A stretch of 45,412 nucleotides of DNA from Dehalococcoidia bacterium (GTDB taxonomy: Bacteria > Chloroflexota > Dehalococcoidia > GIF9 > UBA5629). Positions 10,122-19,988 of the stretch are shown piece after piece. The notes beneath the pieces were generated by a model, which ran no database searches, was not told the origin of the DNA, and saw nothing but the letters and a program-made list of their open reading frames with translations. The stretch spans positions 1 to 45,412 of the forward strand of contig JBEKCL010000003.1 of NCBI GenBank assembly GCA_050014895.1, written 5' to 3'. The translations under genes were made by a program, and so were the position numbers. Position 1 is the stretch's first letter. The number at the start of each line of letters is the position of its first letter.

Positions 10122-11440
10122 TATTTTCCTAACCTATTTTCAAGCTCTGGTTTCTTTACTTTGTCCAGTACAACACTATGCTTTTCAAAATGATTCTGCT
10201 GCGCACAATTTACGATTGTATCGGGCGGGAGGTCCTCAGTCAGGCAAACATGTGAGCCTACTATAGAGTTTGGCCCTATGCGCCGGCCCGGCAGGACGCC
10301 CGAGTTAATACCCATTTTGCAGTTATCTCCTATAATGGCGCCGAAATGATCTTTTCCTGTGTCCACTATTGCTTCGCTGTATTTCACTGGCACTGTTTTT
10401 TCATCGAAACGGAAATTGGCCGTTACCGTACCTGCCCCGAAAGAACAGTTATTACCGATGATTGAGTCACCGATATAACTTGAATGAAACCAACAATTAT
10501 CACCGATATAGGAACCCTTTATTTCAGTAGAAAAGCCGACTACGCAGCCGGCGCCTATATGGCTGTACTCCCTGATAAGAGCATTATTACCGATAACGCA
10601 GTTTGGTCCTATATAAACCGGACCTCGTATCACTGCATTTTCAAGGATGCGTACGTTCTCTCCTATCACAACTTTGCCCGATACAGTGGCCCGATCTGAA
10701 ATAGATACGGACTTTGCGATTTCTCTTTCTTTTTCATCTAAAAATATTTTAACGATATCGAAAATATTCCAGGGGTATTTAATCGGTGACCAGCGGCCGT
10801 TATAATTGACGACTTTGATTTTGTGTGCGTGGCGCGCCATTCCGTCTATAGCGCGTTCATATACATCATCCCTTGTGGTCTGCACTATATCTATGTACTC
10901 AAACAGCCTCTGCACATTCGTATGCAGATGCAGAAGGATATTGACCAAATCACTGGGCTCTGTGCCAGGTTCGGGTTTTTCAACTATACGGGTTAGTTCT
11001 CCCCGGTCATTCACATCCAGGTAACCCCCGGGGAAGTATTGTTTCACCTTATAGCCCAGCATATAGGAGGAGGCCGACCGGCCTTTATATGCTTCGAGCA
11101 GCATGCTGTAAGCCGAACTGTCAAAAACATCGTTAGGATTAACTACTAAAATATCGCTGTTCAAGAAAGGGGCAGCGCTTTTCAAAGCATCAGCAATTCC
11201 CAGGGGTTGCGTTTGAAGTGCGAACTCGAATGTGATTCCTTTTACCGATGCAGCCAATTTCTTGATGCGTTCGATGTTGCCGGAATTTCCAATGATCACA
11301 AATTCATTCAGGCCTGCATCACGTGCCATTTCCATTTGGTGCTCAAGTAACGTCTTACCCATGAAATCGAGGAGGAATTTATCTTCCGTGATAGGGAACA
11401 TCCTTTTTCCTACTCCACCACAAAGGAAAACGACTTTCAT
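10121..11440 (-). CDS. Bifunctional sugar-1-phosphate nucleotidylyltransferase/acetyltransferase (archaeal GlmU-like)
   Basis: CGGVGKRM..K NTP-transferase start and VEKP; C-terminal hexapeptide beta-helix with YIGDS and GAGTVTANFRFD. Confidence 0.85.
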   Translation of the reverse strand: MKVVFLCGGVGKRMFPITEDKFLLDFMGKTLLEHQMEMARDAGLNEFVIIGNSGNIERIKKLAASVKGITFEFALQTQPLGIADALKSAAPFLNSDILVVNPNDVFDSSAYSMLLEAYKGRSASSYMLGYKVKQYFPGGYLDVNDRGELTRIVEKPEPGTEPSDLVNILLHLHTNVQRLFEYIDIVQTTRDDVYERAIDGMARHAHKIKVVNYNGRWSPIKYPWNIFDIVKIFLDEKEREIAKSVSISDRATVSGKVVIGENVRILENAVIRGPVYIGPNCVIGNNALIREYSHIGAGCVVGFSTEIKGSYIGDNCWFHSSYIGDSIIGNNCSFGAGTVTANFRFDEKTVPVKYSEAIVDTGKDHFGAIIGDNCKMGINSGVLPGRRIGPNSIVGSHVCLTEDLPPDTIVNCAQQNHFEKHSVVLDKVKKPELENRLGK

Positions 11441-12798
11441 GACTTGCCCCCTTTAATTGCTTCTTCAACAATTGTAACGCCGTTTTTAACCAGGCGTTGA
11501 GTATGCTCATTAGTTTTAGATTCGGCCATTACACGTATAGCCGGTTCGGTACCGCTTGCCCTGATCAGCATCCAGGCGTCGCCGAATTCTAATCTAAGCC
11601 CATCCAGGTCGTTGATAGCGAGTGGTCTCAGTGCCTGCACCCTGTTTCCGACCTTTTGCATGACAGGCGCTTTGAGCTCATTGGAGCAGGCTATCTTATC
11701 CTTGTTAAAATGCAGGGCGGGCAGTGAACCAATAAATTCCCTTACTTCGGAAACTTGTGTGATCGAACCAAGTAATGTGAGGGCAGCGAAGATGCTATCA
11801 GGATAATATCCGGCCTGCGGTAGTATATAGACTCCGACGGATTCTACTCCAAGGGCCGCATCATTATCCCTTGCAAGATGGGCGGCATAAACGTCACCGA
11901 CCTTCCCCCGGATTACTTTGCCTCCCAGGTCTTGTATTGCCAGGTCCAGTAGCATGCCGGTTTCCACCGTTGTCGCTACCACCGGTTTACCCGAGGACTT
12001 GATAACATTTCTTGAGATGAAGGCAATCATTTCATTGAAGCCGAGGAAACCCTTTTTATCACAGAAAACCACACGGTCAGCATCGCCATCAAAACACACT
12101 GCCAGGTCGGCGTCTTTTTGCCGGAGGAATTTAATGGTGCCCTGCAATGTGTCCTCTTTAGGTTCCGAACTGCGGCCCGGGAAGCGTCCGTCAGGTACAT
12201 CATTGACCGGTATAACATTAAATCCCAATTTCCTGAATATCTCGCTGGCAAAACCAGAGGCGGCGCCATTGCCAGGGTCGATCATAATTTTAAGATTGCG
12301 GCTGAAGTTCCACGTGCTCACCCGGGATAGCAGAAAGTTAAGATACTGGTCTATCATATGGGGCACTGATTCAACTGCTCCCATCTTTTCCATTCTAAAT
12401 TTCCCGGAATAATATATTCTTTCCAGTTCCTCTTCCTGAGTGCGGTTGAAGCCGATAGAGTCAGGGTTGAAGAGCTTTATTCCGTTAAATTCAGGCGGGT
12501 TGTGAGAGGCGGTGATCATTATACCGGCATCAAATCCCATTTCCCGGGTTAGCAAAGCCACGGCAGGCGTGGGAACAATACCAAGGTGGGCGACGTTGAC
12601 ACCAGATTCAATCAAGCCCTCGGTGACGGCTTTTTTTATCAACTCCCGGCTCAACCGTGAATCAGTGCCCAAACAAACCGCGGTCCCCGGGGCAAGCATA
12701 GTGCCAAGCGACTTGCCGACATTTTTGCAGAGTTCCGTAGTGAGGTCCCGGTTAACCACTCCCCGAACGCCGCTGGTCCCGAAAAGAGGTTTGTTCAT
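11437..12798 (-). CDS. glmM: Phosphohexomutase (archaeal-type phosphoglucosamine mutase / PMM-PGM)
   Basis: LFGTSGVRG, TASHNP, DGDADR and RASGTEP motifs. Start moved to ATG 12798 because a promoter lies at 12830-12858. Confidence 0.8.
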   Translation of the reverse strand: MNKPLFGTSGVRGVVNRDLTTELCKNVGKSLGTMLAPGTAVCLGTDSRLSRELIKKAVTEGLIESGVNVAHLGIVPTPAVALLTREMGFDAGIMITASHNPPEFNGIKLFNPDSIGFNRTQEEELERIYYSGKFRMEKMGAVESVPHMIDQYLNFLLSRVSTWNFSRNLKIMIDPGNGAASGFASEIFRKLGFNVIPVNDVPDGRFPGRSSEPKEDTLQGTIKFLRQKDADLAVCFDGDADRVVFCDKKGFLGFNEMIAFISRNVIKSSGKPVVATTVETGMLLDLAIQDLGGKVIRGKVGDVYAAHLARDNDAALGVESVGVYILPQAGYYPDSIFAALTLLGSITQVSEVREFIGSLPALHFNKDKIACSNELKAPVMQKVGNRVQALRPLAINDLDGLRLEFGDAWMLIRASGTEPAIRVMAESKTNEHTQRLVKNGVTIVEEAIKGGKS

Positions 12799-12829
12799 TA
12801 TTTTAGCTTTAGAAGAAGTCTGGTACATG

Positions 12830-12858
12830 ATAGTAATGCCTGTACGACTCAATGTCAA
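12830..12858 (-). promoter_or_regulatory. Promoter of the glmM-glmU-uppS cluster
   Basis: TTGACA-N17-TACTAT. Confidence 0.7.
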
Positions 12859-12991
12859 TTTTTAAAAGATATACAACAATTGGGATAATTATCTTGTCGG
12901 CCGACCTAAATATTTTTAACAGTGTAATTACAGACGTGATTTGTATTTGGAATTGCACAGATATCGATGTGCACTTATTTACATAAGATGA

Positions 12992-13020
12992 TTGACAGTG
13001 TCAAAATTATCTGGTAGCAT
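12992..13020 (+). promoter_or_regulatory. Promoter of the ABC transporter/CoA-transferase operon
   Basis: TTGACA-N17-TAGCAT with TG extension; the -35 lies inside the palindrome TTGACAgTGTCAA. Confidence 0.65.
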
Positions 13021-13073
13021 CTTATTTCAGTTTCTGGATGGGGAGGCAAAATAAAGGTAAAGAAAGGTAGAAT

Positions 13074-13949
13074 GTGCTGACGACGATTGAAACGACGCTA
13101 ATCTACACTCTATTACTCGGTTCCCTTTATCTCCTGGTTTCCCTGGGATTTTCCCTAATCTGCGGTGTTCTACGTATCTTTCATCTCGGCTACGCATACA
13201 TATTCGTAGCCACAATTTACCTGACCTGGCTGTTCTTTAATACCCTGGGCCTGCCTCTCTGGTTATCGATCTTGCTGATGGTAATCGTGCAGGCGGGAAT
13301 AGCAATAGCTTTGTATAAGGGGATAATCGCCAGGTTCCTGAAGATGGAGGAGAAGATTATCACGGGCCTGCTGCTGATCGCACTGATAGCTCAACAGGCA
13401 GCCAACAGATGGTATCCCATCCAGTCTGCAGTGAACCTGCCAACCACAATAATACCCGGCAGCCTGTCACTCGGATCTACCAGCATATCGATACAGATAT
13501 TGCTTGCAGCTTTAACCGGCATAGTGGTCACAGCAATATTTGTTGTTTTCTTCCTCAAGACGAAGACCGGGTTGGCGGTCAGGGCAATATCTTATGACAT
13601 TAACACGGCCAAGATAATGGGGATACAGGTCGAGCAAATCTACATGTTCATTATGGTTATAGTGCTGCTGCCGGTGATTATAGCCATGTTAATGATTGCG
13701 CCGGTCTGGGCTGTCGATCCAACGATGGGGTGGGGTTACATGACGACAGCCATTTTGATCGCGGTCATGGGAGGCCTGGGCAATATCAGGGGCACTATAA
13801 TAGCAAGCTATATAATAGGCTTTACTCACGCTTTTGTATCATTCGTAATTGCGGAACCGCGTCTTATGAACCTTGCGGCACTGGTCGTAGTGATCATCAT
13901 GCTGATAGTGAGACCGCAGGGCATAGCGAAGACTGAAAGTTTGTGGTGA
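13074..13949 (+). CDS. HAAT-family ABC transporter permease (LivH-like)
   Basis: LGFSLICGVLRIFHLG, TKTGLAVRA, GGLGNI and RPQGI motifs; hydrophobic. Confidence 0.92.
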   Translation: MLTTIETTLIYTLLLGSLYLLVSLGFSLICGVLRIFHLGYAYIFVATIYLTWLFFNTLGLPLWLSILLMVIVQAGIAIALYKGIIARFLKMEEKIITGLLLIALIAQQAANRWYPIQSAVNLPTTIIPGSLSLGSTSISIQILLAALTGIVVTAIFVVFFLKTKTGLAVRAISYDINTAKIMGIQVEQIYMFIMVIVLLPVIIAMLMIAPVWAVDPTMGWGYMTTAILIAVMGGLGNIRGTIIASYIIGFTHAFVSFVIAEPRLMNLAALVVVIIMLIVRPQGIAKTESLW

Positions 13950-13953
13950 TTCT

Positions 13954-14991
13954 ATGGAACTAGAAGTAAAAAGAGAAAAACTCGTACTGCGTGTCGGTAA
14001 AAGCAAATATGAATGGCATATCGAACCCAGGTACTGGCGCAACCCGTTTATTTATGTCGGAATATTGATTGTCCTCCCAATCATTGCGTATTTTGTTTAT
14101 CCGACGCTTCTGCCTACAATTATCAACGCCAATATCCTGGTGGCGATAGCCATTCCCTTAGGCTGGATGACCGTAGGAACAGGACGTATGAACTTCGGGC
14201 CCCAGTTCTATATCGGGGCCGGCGGATATGCCGCGGCCCTGTGCAGCATACACTTGGGATGGCCCCCGATTGTTACGCTGCCTGTGACACTCGTAACGTG
14301 CCTTATATTCGGTCTTCTTATGAGCCCCCTCAGTATAATAGCGGGAGGCCTGTATTACACGCTTCTAACCCTGCTTTTTCCACTCGTTTTCCTGGAAATC
14401 ACATTCATATTTACTGACATCTTTAAGGGTGATACCGGACTGTTTGGGGTCTCCCCCCTGATCAGCGGTGGTTCCTTTGGCATTAACCAGTTGATGGTCT
14501 GCCTGCTTTCGCTGTTCATTATGCTGATCTACATGTTCATTGTTGACAAGATAATGCGTTCCAAATTTTCTGCATCAATGGCGGCGATCAACGATGATGA
14601 GGAAGTGGCGGAAGCAATGGGCGTCAACGTCAAAAAGATAAAAATAATAAGCTTTGCGATCCCGGCGGTGATGATCGGCATCCTTGGCTGGTTCTATGCG
14701 CATTACTACGGCACTTTCTCGGGCATCACCTACCTGCCGCTTTCCTTTATGCTAAAGGTGCTTATGGTGAGCATGATCGGCGGACGCGTTCAGATATACG
14801 GTTGCGTGGTGGGCGGCTATTTCATAGCTATCCTCGAACTGGCTTTGCAGTATTTGGTGGGCGATTACTCTTCCGTTGTCTTCCCCATCATCCTGCTAGT
14901 ACTACTACTCTCATTGTCGGAAGGGCTTTTCGGCCTATACCGGAAGCGCCGCTACAGGGAGTACCTGCCTACACTGCACGTGAGGAGATGA
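13954..14991 (+). CDS. HAAT-family ABC transporter permease (LivM-like)
   Basis: GRMNFG, AINDDEEVAEAMGVN and MIGG motifs. Confidence 0.92.
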   Translation: MELEVKREKLVLRVGKSKYEWHIEPRYWRNPFIYVGILIVLPIIAYFVYPTLLPTIINANILVAIAIPLGWMTVGTGRMNFGPQFYIGAGGYAAALCSIHLGWPPIVTLPVTLVTCLIFGLLMSPLSIIAGGLYYTLLTLLFPLVFLEITFIFTDIFKGDTGLFGVSPLISGGSFGINQLMVCLLSLFIMLIYMFIVDKIMRSKFSASMAAINDDEEVAEAMGVNVKKIKIISFAIPAVMIGILGWFYAHYYGTFSGITYLPLSFMLKVLMVSMIGGRVQIYGCVVGGYFIAILELALQYLVGDYSSVVFPIILLVLLLSLSEGLFGLYRKRRYREYLPTLHVRR

Positions 14992-14995
14992 TAAG

Positions 14996-15733
14996 TTGTC
15001 TGAGATATTGAGAGTAAATGGCGTTTCCAAACACTTCGGTGGCCTGATGGCTGTTAACGATGTCAGCTTCTCAATCGATGAAGGTGAGACGCTGGGTCTG
15101 ATGGGACCCAACGGGGCGGGGAAGACCACCCTGGTCAATTTGATCACGGGAAAATACTTTACCGACGCGGGCGACATACAGTTTATGGGTCATGATATTA
15201 CAAAGCTTCCTCCTTATAAGAGATGTAAACTCGGTATAAGCCGTACATACCAGATACCCAGGCCGTTCCCGGAGCTAACAGCACTGATGAGCGTTGCAGT
15301 GAGCGCAATTTATGGTAAAGACCGGGAGAACCAGAGCCTGGAGGACGCTGCTACTGAAGCCACACACTACCTTGAATTTTGTGGGCTTTTCAGCAAGCGT
15401 AACGTCCTTGGTAAGGACCTGACTCTTTACGAACTTCGTGGACTGGAGCTGGCCAGGGCGCTTGCGACCACGCCGAAACTGATCTTTGTTGATGAGGTGA
15501 TGGCTGGCCTGAACCCGGGTGAGGCAACAAAAGCGGTCAGGTTGCTGGAACGTGCCAAAGAGGAATTCGGCGTTACCATACTCTGGATCGAGCATGTGAT
15601 GGCGGCTCTGATGAAAGCGGCGCAGCGAGTAGTCGTATTGCATTACGGTAAAAAGATCGCAGAGGGTCTCCCACAGGAAATTGCCAATGACCCATACGTT
15701 ATTGAATGCTACCTAGGATCTTGCCATGCTTGA
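14996..15733 (+). CDS. HAAT-family ABC ATP-binding protein (LivG-like)
   Basis: FGGL, GPNGAGKTT, DEVMAGLN and IEH motifs. Confidence 0.94.
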   Translation: MSEILRVNGVSKHFGGLMAVNDVSFSIDEGETLGLMGPNGAGKTTLVNLITGKYFTDAGDIQFMGHDITKLPPYKRCKLGISRTYQIPRPFPELTALMSVAVSAIYGKDRENQSLEDAATEATHYLEFCGLFSKRNVLGKDLTLYELRGLELARALATTPKLIFVDEVMAGLNPGEATKAVRLLERAKEEFGVTILWIEHVMAALMKAAQRVVVLHYGKKIAEGLPQEIANDPYVIECYLGSCHA

Positions 15734-16430
15734 AGTAAAAGATATATCTGTCTCCTACGGCATTACTCCAGTGCTTCATGGCGTAACCATGTCTGTAGAA
15801 GCAAATGAAATGGTCGCCCTGCTCGGCTCAAATGGAGCCGGTAAGTCAACGCTGCTGAACACCATACTCGGTATATTGAAGTCAACGCATGGCACTATAA
15901 CCTTTGAGGGACATGCCATAGAAAAACTGCCGCCCCATGAAATAATCAAGCGGGGCTTAGCCCAGGTGCCCGAAGCCCGCAGGATTTTCCCTTATATGAG
16001 TGTGGTGGATAATCTCCTTGTCGGATCGTACAATACGGCAGCATGGAAGTTCCGGAAAAAGACACTGGAAAGGGTTTTCAGCATGTTCCCGATTCTTAAA
16101 GAGAGGAAAGGCCAATCTGCAGGTACCCTGAGCGGAGGCGAACAGCAGATGATGGTGATCGGACGGGGTCTGATGTCCAATCCAAAATTGCTGATGATAG
16201 ATGAACCATCCCTGGGCCTGGCGCCAAAGATTCTTGAGGTTTTGTACGATACCATCAGCAGGTTAAGAGATGAGAAAATTACCACGATACTATCTGAACA
16301 AAACGCCCGTCAAGCATTGACCATAGCCAACCGCGGCTACGTAATGGAAAACGGCAGGGTCATAATCTCAGACAAGAGTGAGGCACTGTTGAATAGCGAC
16401 CTGGTTAAGAAAGCTTACCTGGGGATTTAG
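15726..16430 (+). CDS. HAAT-family ABC ATP-binding protein (LivF-like)
   Basis: GSNGAGKST, LSGGEQQM, DEPSLGLAP and EQN motifs. Confidence 0.95.
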   Translation: MLEVKDISVSYGITPVLHGVTMSVEANEMVALLGSNGAGKSTLLNTILGILKSTHGTITFEGHAIEKLPPHEIIKRGLAQVPEARRIFPYMSVVDNLLVGSYNTAAWKFRKKTLERVFSMFPILKERKGQSAGTLSGGEQQMMVIGRGLMSNPKLLMIDEPSLGLAPKILEVLYDTISRLRDEKITTILSEQNARQALTIANRGYVMENGRVIISDKSEALLNSDLVKKAYLGI

Positions 16431-16433
16431 ATT

Positions 16434-17768
16434 ATGGAAAACTATTTTGACTATACAAAAAAGCTATTCGATCCATCGAAAACGAAAGAGAAGCCGGAAG
16501 TATTCAAAGGTCTCAGGGTATTGGATTTTACTCACGTAGTCTACGGCCCCACCGCTGCCAAGATATTGGGACAGTACGGTGCAGAAGTAATTAAATTTGA
16601 ATTGCCCTGGGTGGGGGACCTATGGCGCTTCGGTGTGTACTGGGGCAATTTCTGGAGGCATTCCAGCGTTTGTTTCCACTTTGTACAATACGGTAAATAT
16701 TTCTTCGCACTTAACCTTAAACTACCCAAAGCGAAAGAGATAATCCTGAAGATGGCGGAAAAGGCAGATGTGGTGGTGGAGAATTTTGCCGCCGGGACAA
16801 CGGATACATGGGGAATCGGATACAGCCAGCTTAGTAAAGTTAACCCCGGCATTATTTACATTAGCTGTGCCACCTACGGGCAATACGGGCCGATGAGATT
16901 TTTCCCTGGATGGGACCTGCTGGCGCAGGCAGCCAGCGGCGTGATCTCCCTGACGGGTTATCCAGAAACTGACAAATATTACAAGCTGCCGGACTATGTG
17001 GGCGATTTCCTCCCGGGAAATATTGGGGCATTGGCTGTAATAATGGCGCTGAATTACCGCAAGAAGACTGGCAAGGGTCAATATATCGACCTGGCGCAGG
17101 CGGAAGCCCTCATGAGGATTATGCCCAATTTTACCTATGAGAGTATTACCAATGAGGACCTTGGGCGCGTTGGCAATACCGATCCAACGATGGCTCCGTC
17201 AGGTATATTCAAATCTAGTGAAGGCAAATTTGTAGCTATTGCGGCAGCGACAGATGAGCAATATAAAGGTCTTTGTGAAGCTATGGAAAGACCGGACCTG
17301 GTCAATAAATACAAGGATACGTTTGAAAGATTAAAGGCGGAGAACGCTAAAGAGCTCTATGACATTACTGCGAAGTGGGTTGGCTGCAGCACAATAGATA
17401 ACCTGGTGGAGTTGGCGAAAGAACACCATTTCGCAATTGCACAGGTCGAGGATGATTATGAAATCACCTATGATGAGTGGCGGCAGGAACGGGGTAGCGT
17501 GATCGTTTTCACCGACGAGATGTATGGTACGTTGATGCTGCCAGGTCCATCGGCTATGCTGAGTAAGACCCCTGGCAGGATTAAATGGCTGGCGAGACCG
17601 CTGGGCTATCACAACCGCTATGTTCTAAAGACAATGCTCGGTTATTCAGATGAAGAAATACAGCGGCTTGAGAAGGAAAGGGTTATCGGAAACTGGGATG
17701 ATCGACCGGGTATCAAACCTCCTGTCTACTATGATATCTCGAAGGACCCGATGTTCAATTACAAGTGA
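16434..17768 (+). CDS. Class III (CaiB/BaiF) CoA-transferase, catalytic-type subunit
   Basis: GLRVLDF, GAEVIKFE, ADVVVENF, YGQYGP and G.GQYID motifs; active-site Asp in VGDFLPG. Confidence 0.9.
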   Translation: MENYFDYTKKLFDPSKTKEKPEVFKGLRVLDFTHVVYGPTAAKILGQYGAEVIKFELPWVGDLWRFGVYWGNFWRHSSVCFHFVQYGKYFFALNLKLPKAKEIILKMAEKADVVVENFAAGTTDTWGIGYSQLSKVNPGIIYISCATYGQYGPMRFFPGWDLLAQAASGVISLTGYPETDKYYKLPDYVGDFLPGNIGALAVIMALNYRKKTGKGQYIDLAQAEALMRIMPNFTYESITNEDLGRVGNTDPTMAPSGIFKSSEGKFVAIAAATDEQYKGLCEAMERPDLVNKYKDTFERLKAENAKELYDITAKWVGCSTIDNLVELAKEHHFAIAQVEDDYEITYDEWRQERGSVIVFTDEMYGTLMLPGPSAMLSKTPGRIKWLARPLGYHNRYVLKTMLGYSDEEIQRLEKERVIGNWDDRPGIKPPVYYDISKDPMFNYK

Positions 17769-17788
17769 GAAATAATTAGGACACAGAT

Positions 17789-19111
17789 ATGAGTGATAAA
17801 AATAAAGAGCAAATCCTCGTAAGGTACGGTGGCAGCCGCAAGGAACGTGAGATGTTCCTGAAAACAATGATGAGCCCCGAAGGGAGACCAGAGGTGCTCG
17901 ATGATGCGGTAGTTCTAGATGTGAGTTATGCGAATTTATCCGGTGATATCTGCTCGAGCGTTTTCGCTGAATTTGGCGCTGAGGTAATAAAGATCGAACC
18001 TCCCGAAGGCGACCCGTCAAGGAAAATTACACCATACGGGGTCAATCGTAACGGGGTTGGTGTGCCATTCATTATGGAGGCACGCAATAAACATTATATG
18101 ACCCTAGACCTGAGAAATGAGGCGGGGCGTGATGAGTTTAAAAAGCTGGTAAAAAAGGCACATGTGGTCATTGAGACATATGCACCTGGCAAAATGGATG
18201 CCTGGGGTATTGGCTACCGGCAGTTAAGCGAAATCAATCCCAGCCTTGTTTACATAGCGATTAGCCCGTATGGGCAATATGGAAAGAAAGCCCAGGAAAT
18301 GGTTAACGTTCCTGATTCTGATATTACTGCGCAGGCGGCCTCGGGTGTACCCGCCAATATTGGCGATATGCCTGGATCTGGGGAGCCGTGGAACTGGCCG
18401 TTGAAGGCCGGCGTCTGGCTGGGATGGTATATCTCCGGCGTTGAGGCTGCCCTGGGTGGCGCAATTGCACGTTATTACACCCGTGAGACCGGTGAAGGGC
18501 AAATGGTGGATATCGCAACAGCCGATTCGTACGTTTCGCTGGTAGGCTATCCTGTGACGATCGGCTTTACCTGGGACAAGGCGAGGCCGAGGATCGGGAG
18601 ACACGACTTCTGCCTGTATCCGTACGGTTTTTGGAAGAGCAAAGACGGTATTGTAGCGATTGCTGCTTCAAGGGACCACGATTTCAGAGCCTTGCTTAAG
18701 ATCCTTAATATATGGAAACATGAGGATGACTGGCGCTTTACCTTCGACCGCATACCGGACATACTCGCGCAGATCGAGCAGTTATATAAGATCATAGAAG
18801 ATGAGACGATCAAGCATACCGCGGATGAGCTGGTTAAAATGGCCCTGGAATACAGCATTAAATCTGCCCGCTCCAAGTGGCGCGGCGGCGGTGTTCCTAT
18901 CATAATGAAGGTGCAGAAGCCTTCTACTACGATACAAAACCCACACTGGCTCAAGCGTCAGGACTTCAAAGAGTTCGAGGACGCAACCCTGGGCAAGTTC
19001 ACAATGCCGGTCAATTTCATAAAAATGTCGGAGTCCCCACCGCGTGTAAAATGGGTCAAATGCGGCATCGGACAGGATAATGATTTTATACGTGATAAAT
19101 ACCTGAAATAA
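17789..19111 (+). CDS. Class III CoA-transferase, probable non-catalytic partner subunit
   Basis: GAEVIKIEPPEGD, RNK, YGQYG and GEGQMVD motifs; the Asp position reads LGWYISG. Confidence 0.85.
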   Translation: MSDKNKEQILVRYGGSRKEREMFLKTMMSPEGRPEVLDDAVVLDVSYANLSGDICSSVFAEFGAEVIKIEPPEGDPSRKITPYGVNRNGVGVPFIMEARNKHYMTLDLRNEAGRDEFKKLVKKAHVVIETYAPGKMDAWGIGYRQLSEINPSLVYIAISPYGQYGKKAQEMVNVPDSDITAQAASGVPANIGDMPGSGEPWNWPLKAGVWLGWYISGVEAALGGAIARYYTRETGEGQMVDIATADSYVSLVGYPVTIGFTWDKARPRIGRHDFCLYPYGFWKSKDGIVAIAASRDHDFRALLKILNIWKHEDDWRFTFDRIPDILAQIEQLYKIIEDETIKHTADELVKMALEYSIKSARSKWRGGGVPIIMKVQKPSTTIQNPHWLKRQDFKEFEDATLGKFTMPVNFIKMSESPPRVKWVKCGIGQDNDFIRDKYLK

Positions 19112-19138
19112 TACGGCAAGGGCAGTATATTAAAGGGA

Positions 19139-19167
19139 GGGCCTTATGATGGGCCCATACTTTTTTT
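19139..19167 (+). terminator. Putative intrinsic terminator of the + strand operon
   Basis: gggcc/gggccc stem followed by a T7 tract. Confidence 0.4.
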
Positions 19168-19194
19168 CAGACTGAGTCATTTGCCGGATCATGT

Positions 19195-19231
19195 GAAAAT
19201 AGAGGCGCCCCGATGATAATCGGGGCGCCTC
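19195..19231 (-). terminator. Intrinsic terminator after the LEA lipoprotein gene
   Basis: Perfect 13-bp stem GAGGCGCCCCGAT-N4-ATCGGGGCGCCTC, followed by TATTTT on the minus strand. Confidence 0.75.
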
Positions 19232-19253
19232 GTATAGTGGCTGATTGGGTGGC

Positions 19254-19967
19254 TTACGGCTTGGTGTAGGTAAAGGTGAAAGGAGTATCCACGGACTGAG
19301 CGATATTCGGGGTTGAGATGGTGGCTTTGCCGACGACCTTGTAGGCACAGGGGCCGGTAGGATAGGATGCCCAGGCCTTGTCCATCGCGCCCTGGACGGC
19401 GTCGATCGTGCCGCGTGCCTTAATATAAATGGCGGCGGCGGTGTTGTTGTCAGCAACCCCGCTAACGAGGTCAGCGGGAGCGGGTCCGCTTCTAAGTGTG
19501 GGTAAGATAGCCAGGGCGGCGAAGGACCAGAGGTTGGGTTCCTTGCCGCCAAGGAGCTTCCAGGGAGCAGCGCCAGCGATATGTGCCGGGACGTACGCCA
19601 TGGACTTACCCATATAGTAGCCCTCGAAGGCGACTCCACCGAAACCGGTGAACGGCAGCACGTTTACGTAAGTCAGGGATATGGTGCCGTTGGCTGGTAT
19701 CATGACCCCGGGCGCGACGGTCTTCAGTGTGATCGACTGGTCTGCGAGATAGATTGTATAGTTGAATGCGTCGAGTGAAACCGGGTAGTTATTCGGGTTG
19801 TTGAAAGTGAAGAGGGAATCAGCGATAATGGTTTCCTCGCCTTGCCACTCGTTGGAGATATAGCTGAGTCCGACCGTAACCGGTTTAAGCTCGGAGGGAG
19901 CGCAAGCTGCCGTGCCGAGCAGGACGGCGATCATAAGAAGTGCAAATGGCAGATATAATTTCTTCAA
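19254..19967 (-). CDS. Lipoprotein with LEA_2/WHy-like domain
   Basis: Signal peptide with lipobox TAAC; F.FNNPNNYPVSL..FNY.I LEA-type motif. Confidence 0.65.
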   Translation of the reverse strand: MKKLYLPFALLMIAVLLGTAACAPSELKPVTVGLSYISNEWQGEETIIADSLFTFNNPNNYPVSLDAFNYTIYLADQSITLKTVAPGVMIPANGTISLTYVNVLPFTGFGGVAFEGYYMGKSMAYVPAHIAGAAPWKLLGGKEPNLWSFAALAILPTLRSGPAPADLVSGVADNNTAAAIYIKARGTIDAVQGAMDKAWASYPTGPCAYKVVGKATISTPNIAQSVDTPFTFTYTKP

Positions 19968-19988
19968 AGCAGCATATTCCTCCCTTTA

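Noticed and set aside
12799-12858. N-terminal extension of glmM in the ORF track
   Set aside because: Overlaps a good sigma70 promoter; the family N-terminus begins at MNKPLFGT
19130-19639. 169-aa Pro/Ser-rich minus-strand ORF
   Set aside because: Alternative frame of the LEA lipoprotein gene that runs through its terminator
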